This document shows positions 61,601 to 64,000 of a DNA stretch of 64,000 nucleotides, one piece after another. Under the pieces are notes generated by a model that worked only from the letters and a program-made list of their open reading frames with translations, was not told the origin of the DNA and made no database searches. Positions within the stretch are counted from its first letter, which is position 1. Every line of letters starts with the position of its first letter. Source of the stretch: Candidatus Eiseniibacteriota bacterium (GTDB lineage: Bacteria; Omnitrophota; Gorgyraeia; 2-02-FULL-51-18); NCBI GenBank assembly GCA_035496715.1, contig DATJEK010000095.1, positions 264 to 64,263 of the forward strand, read 5' to 3'. Made by a program: the position numbers and the translations under genes.

Positions 61601-64000
61601 GCCGAGGGAGTAGACGCCGTTGGACTTCTCGGCGACGTAGGTGACGCGGATCGGCAGCCCTTTGAGCGTCATCGCCGTCGGGTTGTCCGAGATGAACTCC
61701 GCCATGTAGCGTCCGTCGGGCAGCTGGGAGATCGTCGCGCGTTCCTTGCCCTGGGAGTCGACGGCGCGGGCGCGGACGAACGCTCCGTTGGGGGCGATCT
61801 CCTCGAGGATCCGCCAGCCGGTGGGGCTGATGGGGAAAAATTCCTTGGGGAAGCTGCTGAACGTATTTTTCGTCTGGACCGCGTAGCCGACGGCCGGAGC
61901 GGCTTTGCCGGCCTCGAGGGGCGCGCCGTTGCGGTCGAGAGGCCGGTACTGGTTGTCGAAGAAGAAGGTCTGGTTCACCGGCAGGTCGTCCTCGTAGCCG
62001 CGCGCGTCGCGCACGCGCTTCTCGAGGATGGCCGCGGTCTGGTTGCCCTGGATGACGACGATGCCGTGGACGGGGACGGCGTTCACCGTCTGGGGGCGGA
62101 GATAAAAGGAAGCGCTCTCGCCGCCGTTGGGATCCGTGGCGTACGCGCGGTCGAAACGGCCGAAGCGGTCGACGCGCACGTAAACGCGGCCGCCGTTCAG
62201 GGTCTTTCCGGTATCGTGGACGCCGCCGACGACGTTGCCGAGGACGATCTCTCCCTTGGCCTTGTCGTCCAGGTAGGTCCGCACTTCGAACATGCCGGGG
62301 CCGATCCGGACGATCGCCTCGCCCGTGAGCCCGCCGTCGGTCGGATAGAACGTGATCTGCTCTTCGCCGGTGACCGTGTCGTTGGCCACCATGCGTTTCT
62401 GGTTGTTGAGCTCTCCCGCGGCGGGGCCGAAACGGACGTCGTACACCGTGCTGCCGTTGACGGTCTGCGGCGCGCCCTTGGCCATGCGGATCGTGCGCTC
62501 GGAGACCATCCCGCCCTCGCGGATGGCGTCGCCTTCCTTCGTGTAGGCCGTCGTGACGCTGCGCGAAGGGATCGCGGTGTTCGGCAGGTAGGCCTGGTGC
62601 ACGGTCCGCGTCCAGTTCTCCACGACGCGGTCCGCGGCGCCCGGCACGGGGATCACGCTCGTGCTGATCAGCGTGTTCCGCTCGAGCGGGCGGGTCTCGC
62701 GGTAGGCGCTGCCCCCGACGGTGACCGAGATGATGTCGAACGTGTCGATGTAGACCCGCCCGCTGCGCAGATCGGTCACTTTCACGCGGCTGCGGCCGAG
62801 ATTGTCCACGGGCAGCGGCTCGTAGATGCGGTCGCGCTTCCATTCGCCGCCGTCCCAGAACCAGACCACGGCGACGCCCGTCTGCACGCCGAGCGGATCG
62901 CGCTGGAAATAAACCTCTTCGTTGGCGCTCACCGTGCGCCGGATGAACTGGTTGAGCTCCCTCTCCGCTCCGCGGAAGCCGCCGAACACCAGGACCGTGT
63001 CGCCGCCCTCCGTGTAGCGGTTGCCCGATTTGATCTGGTCGGCGAGCTCCAGGATCCGGGCGTCGCGCACGCGGCGGGCGTGGTTGAACGGATCGGCGGG
63101 CTGAGTGGGATTGGTCTTCTGGTCGGCGCGAAGCTTCTCGTATTCCGTGCGGGCCTCTTTCAGCCTCTCCGCGAGCTTCGTCTGGGCCGGGCCGACGACC
63201 GCGGGGTCGACGCTCAAATCGGCCACGCCGGCCCGGATGCGGATCACGGCCCCGGTCAGCTGGCTGGGCCCGGCGAGCGCGGCGGTTTTGACGAGCGCCT
63301 GGTTGCGGGCGACCTCGGTGCGGGCCTCGCCGGCGCCGCCCAGGAATTCGACGACGTAGAGCGTCCCCTTCGGCCCGAACGTCCCGGCCGCGTCGACGTA
63401 CCGGAAGGTGTTGTCCGCGAACTCCTTTTCGCGGGACACGATCTCGGCCTCGACGGCGCCGCGGGGTTCTCCGGCGCGCATCTTCTGCACCCAGGTGTCG
63501 CGCAGGCGGTCGAGCTCGACCGCTTTCTGGCCGATCACGGCCTCCCACTGCGCGATCTGCGGCGGGTTCTTGGCCACGACGGGGTCGCGAACGAAAATCC
63601 GGGACATCACCGGATTCGCGGGAACCGAGACGACGAGCCCTCCGCGGTCCAGCGCGAGCGCGTGCTCCTTGGCGTTTTTCACGTTCTGGTCGTAAAGGGC
63701 GCGCGCCTTGGCCAGCTCCACCTCGGCGCTCGCCGGCGTGGGCACGATCACGACCTGCACGGTCTTGTTGGGATTGGGCCCGATGAGCTTCAGCTCGTCC
63801 GCGCCCGCTCCGTCGCGGACGTACACGTTGCGGCGTTTCAGCGTCACGTCATCGGGGCTCTCGGTGTCCGCGATCCGGCGCTGGAGGATCTCGATCTGGA
63901 TGCCGAGCTGGTACACCTCCACCAGGGCCTCGTTCCTCGCCTTTCCGGCCGCGGCCGGCACGGCGGCGACGGCCGCTTTGTAATCGGCGCGCTTGGCGAC
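42218..64000 (-). CDS. Giant modular protein B, 5'-truncated by window edge (>7,247 aa), carbohydrate-themed modules delimited by GARL[A/S]
   Basis: The frame stays open to base 64000 (VAKRADYKAAVAAVP...), so the listed GTG at 63961 is internal. Stop is TAA at 42218-42220. Confidence 0.95.
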   Translation of the reverse strand, partial: VAKRADYKAAVAAVPAAAGKARNEALVEVYQLGIQIEILQRRIADTESPDDVTLKRRNVYVRDGAGADELKLIGPNPNKTVQVVIVPTPASAEVELAKARALYDQNVKNAKEHALALDRGGLVVSVPANPVMSRIFVRDPVVAKNPPQIAQWEAVIGQKAVELDRLRDTWVQKMRAGEPRGAVEAEIVSREKEFADNTFRYVDAAGTFGPKGTLYVVEFLGGAGEARTEVARNQALVKTAALAGPSQLTGAVIRIRAGVADLSVDPAVVGPAQTKLAERLKEARTEYEKLRADQKTNPTQPADPFNHARRVRDARILELADQIKSGNRYTEGGDTVLVFGGFRGAERELNQFIRRTVSANEEVYFQRDPLGVQTGVAVVWFWDGGEWKRDRIYEPLPVDNLGRSRVKVTDLRSGRVYIDTFDIISVTVGGSAYRETRPLERNTLISTSVIPVPGAADRVVENWTRTVHQAYLPNTAIPSRSVTTAYTKEGDAIREGGMVSERTIRMAKGAPQTVNGSTVYDVRFGPAAGELNNQKRMVANDTVTGEEQITFYPTDGGLTGEAIVRIGPGMFEVRTYLDDKAKGEIVLGNVVGGVHDTGKTLNGGRVYVRVDRFGRFDRAYATDPNGGESASFYLRPQTVNAVPVHGIVVIQGNQTAAILEKRVRDARGYEDDLPVNQTFFFDNQYRPLDRNGAPLEAGKAAPAVGYAVQTKNTFSSFPKEFFPISPTGWRILEEIAPNGAFVRARAVDSQGKERATISQLPDGRYMAEFISDNPTAMTLKGLPIRVTYVAEKSNGVYSLGERAISTTYKYEAPYQVPADADWIVDGNGALPPIVRDLANQIPANQKAEAKTYLHESLTELRRSMAVNGPLTLVVTAVRMENGGTSYTVRVKEDPFARIVLFFSSDRESNVMINTRWNQENATNGYELSKGLVFRIQADPIPVAMTQLVGERALSPALEKQFKGNKMTQMRLPASVVQELRDNGVPVRDDVRLSRITRYLKANGTEFAMDARYVDIDDPLVRTLAVEGSGFVRFIKWQAKDIHAPFGVSPGEIVVDVSRDPNRVIRNTRFREHQQAKGEYVYEVIPSDRAAEQRNPGIVVYNYQTHTVYEVYGVRYNAEGKQYATNTPYPYVQTSRDGIFLNVYNFTGTDYDRRSPTATIYSEFSTRTWVDHKGEYGKKGDIYILISEHILSPEVRGQGASAYLIRNGELVASITSKGQAGISAIHVMNPQNPDDLTLTQMLYDKFYNGVPGWVAGRVGAIDRDKVENLFNQIEKEGTALPVERENDRPQRVSRDYLIWTMNNAWWMGGAALLLMTLFPLYRRLRRSPEAESPEANDAADANRNIFGARLATADPGQRLVMAKELGTGLVLGPHIPEAEREALIRNHYGNVLGFSNDEVDRLVYADQYSRSWRGKLVGFLSSTLHLKRPLQAVGVRIPTYPFDDLERDPHLYPTAPRLTAANAAVDVRMARAKNKYPQALILYDLIDATGGPRLISDAELQSAVTAASDGGRRQGDLLWRWVTKILIEKAQDKVLTAAILRPGMSDAAKKRWVDALPVTPEANTLRYLLDSGILTMAQITALAAGYTSLTTFVEALVSRRFIEPRMTAVMTASYAGQVSPAVQADILQSAQAELLPYLMKNPTLLSQAATGDIVYNPNPINRAVEPVSLNEFILLKLVQRPPSQTGNHSIGQFAAMWPFSMYVVRQANAAIAAGRTPAEVLQTVDDLNGAFGPIVKREFDRYKLVTGRDQWSTAEEMVLTNIDRILRNGALTRAQVLDGVRGALLGRNRRDVLVAQVDAALTAGRSVEDILDVIRRDLDRIQLLDLFIDLDIWDLFESVQIEAEKARRDGRPALTVEQQIAATVGGGVRTPAQLRAIATGADDNEKNNIAAAYKRTTLRLAGIDHPEATAADLSTKRPASVRRIPLLLGLVTAAAGVAIGVFVGGLVVPTLVVAAGLGLLIFAFRPAGIGLRALYGGRLLKPLFSLGKFWGMGTGQKIGFLVTAGLTVAAGAAIILMAPKLLAVGILVILVAPLLLPILWSSMPWNEKFFWGGVIMGASTVYVGGLLVFFLFSGVTVVGAFTLGFLFTVILLALTYPVTVISFYHLAVSLRSYFALNGELWSDTARSLIGWRSLNPFRGLLGAMFSSRVPTSELFSHFMKLAVPLYLLGALGVIFAVIPVGFTLFTVLFVIGGLAVYLVFRSLPRGDLPEFWEGKFGEWLSELRDVEENHRSPIPNGESVAEYLERLVGILERRYLLSQDEAQQWRDALRGSPDGRLVRPRSAKALDLLQMTFFTLSQKKVVPDVWALLQASSTHVQAAGEMFGHTLENCIVLGTFNEIPAVPSDPPGADRRTSLAGYVARTNPAEWENLVGIDSALAHNPSANVRRATVLLRNVNERTNIVELLTTAGLTVSEREVVYRAILGWMNEMRPNNDAVMDSMAQDYVEYHLLAAFETGNLAYQAAVREIAASNTSLAEAHRTLSALPRASLSPGQLVFVDNYARYQAKIDLKLRPIFQDALLWGNFRGSAGGVNLTDVRPLQVAGPPAADTGLIKILTDYANRLPADDPMRRSLLGGPAGLMGPAVTGLINELNEFNPQFVPVTDAARRAKFASMAAWSEAFLAWKEANNERLVRMVELLGRGPDATLVNAADVRERLNTLTQSALTYRKAGQNNVRVAFHNFAADNFLNNYPGKHQGIALNLAEFYGTTVDYDAHVMNEHGQHVFRSTWASMNSRQRQPNLAAINPMMKIWASTSDSFPATKIYAIAQMVWTTDVQRALRGKLLDYGKYMGIPQTIGPFSPPGEDSEGLLMLQRSANRYGVFYTGTQIDWFTYRWGRPSLLAESLVTTEMRYSFNVTRFMMDRGSFAVFYNPNVPASVKLTHIFLWFHYFIAPFALTLLILLPVLSPFSAFAFLKPFFFFVGSSFILMEAINTNNFTRHWRESGSFWQAFYLAGKDLITALPFYVFLIPFFFRGVMLASKEMFSFLRTVKEAFLRSWDDEQRFDELMIFRGIPFFGARGIPLNSLVGFAGVLSWMIAFVMMTPFGPAILLPYLLTSFAFLSGMYSFSAFRDRDGLMSGFRYSPLFVLGKSFFVIRRTFGYVFSTQSGRDRQQRAARARATAGGLQTPELGAVTPANVETLVAARSQALTRADHAGNALGLGPFARPDFRPQTTRQINEWSASSEIRHQIDTGVRVAAARLASAPEAPRSSIVSRAIEEVVARETRAPSRGLVEGARLAPWVDYFTPLLKRSTLVTRQFEQGMDLELIKRIREKSLPRPEPRGVFAPFVRLYRAITRFVTQTTLTGGLGALMFDLVNAWKKNGIDAISINPIYDTIKGQPFIRPEDLPEEVRSGRKSLGDYTREALGKPDPELSFTIRLNIGDDFRAKAKGKSREIVDREIRVQVYRTETPFGTPIYYIDAHFVAEGPQGQVLRPVFDEVYPDADGGNDYSYLWRDVHMGVYALASQTLVKRLQEKKAIKDEVVFVDNEVFVSMPTPLFPDSVRLHINHTVFRPGLYQPDAASFEMLGYPEYQRPYVVQGGKINVVDAVAMDANVLTGVGIYEHLPVLARDILAAHVNKLKGWNQDGMRSTNGALVEHWRAAERRQILSYYKKKLGLPVEAWEDEATDAALAAAFKDPVNAALKDEFTRRSEFVSASYVAQFLVWMRDEQKNGRWLDSTMAGVADAEAVLAEFRKAVAEASASGDDARWADIEARFGQVRDRLLAQPIVSNVRRQVSYKGPDKWIELLEHLKAHPSELEAFRREAGRVVIGGRIFGSEALAMFGRIKGLVEELGLQDQITTIENYNVDEAPVIFQAMAGTVMLSDEFLEASATSMMKAALNFAKYIGVWGGAMPEIFTIHEADPAAPDGLGPVINVFTHNDGKPVTHDQLRQKLNSGEWVMPNGELVEYNDSEKSRERGGGRRPSSVAGRGLLQALKGLKRDYSAPETRRATQYAVWASSYKVDMERSQARAHARLLEEAIAQRNGEKALFASLNPTTVPARQKQTEDLQKVFFNENGFHWANPADPQGRALLESGQERPGFLGFVDSIRWLRTKGYNAYASVEYHANNTTASPDGDIFHFIRQNLLKDGGESLKPFAEEIERLAAEARGADAERKVQLNFMALELVDKLAAQLAWQLLLRYKEGDGDTRESLEEYMHDIRMRENLIRYLDKNTTPLQTTSSNLKAYAAVIDGERMIVSVNWREFIYKSVSATKARATLYPEGVRAVLGPEAFEGTGKPQIYAAYNVISGRTYPPHTLQKLARKGLPLGVTHFQVLRMVPQAADGEFQRVSEIDRDDATRFVEAAINEEFIDGRELPTALLGRRIREIRNSANPAQGFRNFLRQLVRLKPEEAAERFGEAVPAVMALITALYPDYLSVIEDWNPEVFARLNALKPVIGGADFHVHQSQPQTAIVLSKTLAGGRHVTIPFHFANHPVHIDGKAWLAVTDLESLGVRDDFNSRYKVDDFYPDSTHFQVLEIRPAHYAPLSESRRTYDREHPGSHLIKGDPYQQLPPGWHIGVPVSVPAGARLSQTVQTAAWADDADDLWAVVPREADRAKRIPEVTLDLHTRQIVFKTQIRILKSAVKDVEIFRTVSPFYLHYGIEGRDWAFRQAKVDDITDNGTEYVFSVSAGFVPYEAGTQTYQGTFVTTRHIDPSHQGPQWFGGHQIRWQAGEKENGALAATRTTGAQVPAVFDAIERDLDVSNHELLRGVTQADVKEIAQALRDFVDRPTPVVPANAPIFMQKARAYQLLSDIYDQDGREGVLGIPRGWELPIPYYPQEKSLTGANQQKLSEFYWQKVMASLLQYMEAKLAPYAERLYRPIEMEGQGTSKVYEFSTSFRLDLLHILASDLVSRAGSATHPQKVLNFQANLLTGGKRAPAGQKPQPSKARPAYELKISVRESESGGGRVSYKGTYKKFTEQPDGSVREETTAEYTHVYDAESVAELGPDEDPQAKYFLDALRATGFIPDGARNPQNYLKDKQLDMTVELVTNIPPRTGLGGSVMLASFFINGLLRVSGRSEGLTKEELALLGSFLEVRLKSLGGWQDAITWPGLHLLSTIDGDIGTLADQIEKDATLKEREAEILSNIQKHTVLVVTERHEAKDVLGQLIRGYLRRDENYMKNLREGESDVQAAESWLQGLKDGHGGDIRELFRLAERQAAQFNDVVEGFITPEMKTITERLKAKDLIVASKPAGAGHGGVLMLYLKNPSAESRQAVEAEIAQFRSELMARPGKTPGANDYQILDFTPFEQKGVKVGLHESSYYQQVKGARLAAETPSAAAPVVVPSRPSLLERAVRFFGRTFGGFLRPAVLAITLLSFSVLPPSINPFLNQAVAQNVLEDKEGVIRTLKTPKDAVTFIETQSFNRKGRFEYGLPATFHVPAVSGIKFENKDHELIIRRGSGLYDTALAVLILTEQGEQKSAQRILDIYASGRYGDFQLGAYPSRDNKGAFEPFDADVHYIFNFTDATGRWTKEWSFWNVHTGPNAWLAMAASRYIEKYGGVDAPENRAYVALVNKLGKAMLRLQTTEGGVRYGPRSQYNPAAGKNDDTAYYYLNSENNVSAYAAFRTLFNLTKDKAYSDAADKILRFLSEQEVWVQTEGGEWKSQKGMLNPADGTLYMGVFWNQARKRLEIENQFATDSGGTWTLLSLGVEKIDELFGKGASFRMWKSIREKAGRTADYRPAGLKLPLAGLDYTNQIKGRVIDETSALIPPEWNAAIARRGKDAERETDTVLTLMIDRYLNHPTESVTADDIEGLRKDLASVRTRLYTRPNPYAAGPGLGGWRKAEGTGFGWIPPLDERVTAMASMYVFFERDPLAYWRGGDARLDINKPAPKAKPEEKKEPAEKKEPEAKKAEEKPPVVVEETKAEVEKALPVGAAKTSAVVYVIAAVGILGGGTAVYVLLKRHRDAKLEAAETARRSEELNRKVKTPLTSAQEAFKEAVALLPQKKEKDRSVVDLSVEALKGLDSAKRDQIRPLLTRTLLQTAAVITGIASLDQETQGEVAEDLRKARALNDKATRIRQALAQGARLAEERRETALNNPNGLHMGPAGRLVKIAAELRKGGAELSIENVGTGERVGADNTFTVLMLAMEDKTPVAAVVTGDLDAAKLGNAADVVKAYLEDTDAQEDDAKLAPYLVRARDAVAGARLAILNEGGATVTQILPVLLNFTRDFARQLSEVEAASGSARRVIADIDTINRTVNFRRDLTQQLIMRTSETREIAGVIQQLELAGPHVPEELQREYRRALQYASFAQLILNLRLVDYRLEHARLELGDQGPRHREYLRRYLERFQQRANDEIGSFATLLAVYSDSLQEGVPFALPATYRRNLGATIRELRRATEMNRVTSNIGIAPDWLREDLGAIRTSLGIAYRSLRHLPVQPDIATPVSDATAAVRSRAEAAIAQPRGALRFSTFDEFAELREALRYDAELWQEVPVIVTRVEGILNTLEARQTAWNQGNRTRDNLPVEANYLVEFAATGLVRDRFTPDGFVAFRTTAVNPQTAAVRPETQAAFAAAVQAAAAGFPSLRRGHVRTFANHLAEAYAAVQNLVPAQPGVGPDYLIDGLSIRDRGAQVATRRDMLRRVVTRVTTTHPGEAPQAVAALLGLAQTPQERPALRIFAIEAVRDIGAAVQLDPSATQPLVTILNGATDLGVPSNQTADDIRLAAIDAIAGIQSDRVLYFARLSNGLENNQRPLVMRRAAERLTSLAADAVPAESDLWTDVVRGFIGVIAFEGQRVHADTRDAVAELLSTVLAALPRQSVTLPVATTRRARRVIRERADGARLATEVRGGGPSFDVTSSTLLQEPIVLALVSNPAELGEKSRRIAEALKDTRIAARLETDFKFVAVTGAEAFAASASAPVNLLVDESAVNAPDVLEARLADALRLREEKAAEARAVAGEITGRLLETIAFVFENEKGTLDELKLASVAELRRQLAGIALPAAQAVRLEITADGELRALSGAAVISAARPVLIAGQADLGDFEKRFDAALEAPTDAETRVQLIRAGAAANDYLVADNGLELAQKLENLSAAFAAAKQRILERTERALRLDPADLPLENLAGTTVVATHESMLSWDYVRQLNEVNSRIEEMNRRTGQQLAVVNQLVVTNPAFDPALASEETLKRKYIEGDEAAGLPAHPEAAAFPGRLVFRPNLSDLSQLAKADGIYRNPWIMVAREGTDLKLGETGEQERKPLLLQLNAGAKSANGMPYVAVRLRLSDGKTTGVPGLENLGNGIFRWLPPLQKLVDLIKQAAFAIKAVGSAA
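45572..45913 (-). other. Gene B module: HPr-like domain
   Basis: NPNGLHMGPAGRLVK...VLMLA...VTG. Confidence 0.8.
45929..48187 (-). other. Gene B module: internal signal-peptide-like segment + putative (alpha/alpha)6 glycoside-hydrolase-like domain + K/E/P linker + TM anchor
   Basis: FLRPAVLAITLLSFSVL...AVA|Q (~48000-48090); LYDTALA, HTGPNAW, SENN; KPAPKAKPEEKKEP; VVYVIAAVGILGGGTAVYVLLKRHR (~46290-46360). Confidence 0.55.
48203..50416 (-). other. Gene B module: GHMP-family sugar kinase (HddA/fucokinase-like)
   Basis: IPPRTGLGGS, GGWQD, KPAGAGHGG. Confidence 0.85.
50432..54292 (-). other. Gene B module: alpha-glucan (glycogen/maltodextrin) phosphorylase, GT35-like, with C-terminal accessory domains
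   Basis: GGLGAL, TNG....W, RRQVSYK, ENYN, EASATSMMKAALN (PLP-lysine motif EASGTSxMK). Confidence 0.85.
54419..59950 (-). other. Gene B module: multi-TM processive glycosyltransferase resembling GT48 beta-1,3-glucan/callose synthase
   Basis: Two TM clusters (~57400-58250 and ~54700-55350) flank a soluble region with FFTLS...P, SLAGYVARTNPAEWENL, GK..G, DYD, GEDS and WGR....E.RYS. Confidence 0.65.
59966..64000 (-). other. Gene B: long beta-rich, probably extracytoplasmic region ending in a TM helix
   Basis: V/T/Y/G/N-rich with no GARL for >1,340 aa; ends WWMGGAALLLMTLFPLYRRLRR (~60030-60095). Confidence 0.5.

Noticed and set aside
3866-63548. Long alternative-frame minus-strand ORFs (e.g. 7742-10858, 36965-41182, 49089-52886, 55011-58916)
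   Set aside because: Arg/Pro/Gly-rich off-frame translations expected at this GC content; no evidence of overprinting.
63959-63961. GTG start for gene B given in the ORF track
   Set aside because: The frame is open to the window edge, so the true start lies beyond 64000.

Overview
This high-GC (~70% by eye) bacterial window is almost entirely two co-oriented minus-strand giant genes, followed downstream by an exbB/exbD (TolQ/TolR-like) motor pair. Gene A (928..41892, 13,654 aa) is complete. Gene B (42218..>64000, >7,247 aa) runs off the right edge. Both proteins read as strings of self-contained, unrelated enzyme-like modules separated by the peptide GARL[A/S]: I counted 32 GARL copies in A, and 7 plus one AARLA variant in the visible part of B. 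The motif is conserved in protein but synonymous-codon diverse in DNA. A starts with a Sec-type signal peptide and a TraB/Tiki/EreA-like putative metalloprotease domain. A and B end in a homologous C-terminal domain terminating in Ala-Ala. Modules recognised by motif in A: PD-(D/E)XK nuclease, three SAM methyltransferases, YdcF/ElyC, HPr, GNAT, alpha/beta hydrolase, adenosine deaminase-like + LOG, kinase-like, GH13, LspA-like, SecA-like, GDH-like, amidoligase-like, Zn deaminase, Fic-like, His-phosphatase + HD, HTH arrays and a zincin. Modules in B: a GT48 (FKS/callose synthase)-like glucan synthase, alpha-glucan phosphorylase, GHMP kinase, an embedded signal-peptide/enzyme/TM-anchor unit, and HPr. 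Leading hypothesis (inference): a secreted, proteolytically processed polyprotein or effector-cassette system, in the style of the giant genes of Ca. Omnitrophota. All domain calls are by-eye motif matches without database searches, and the taxonomy is a guess. The long plus-strand ORFs are judged to be antisense shadows.
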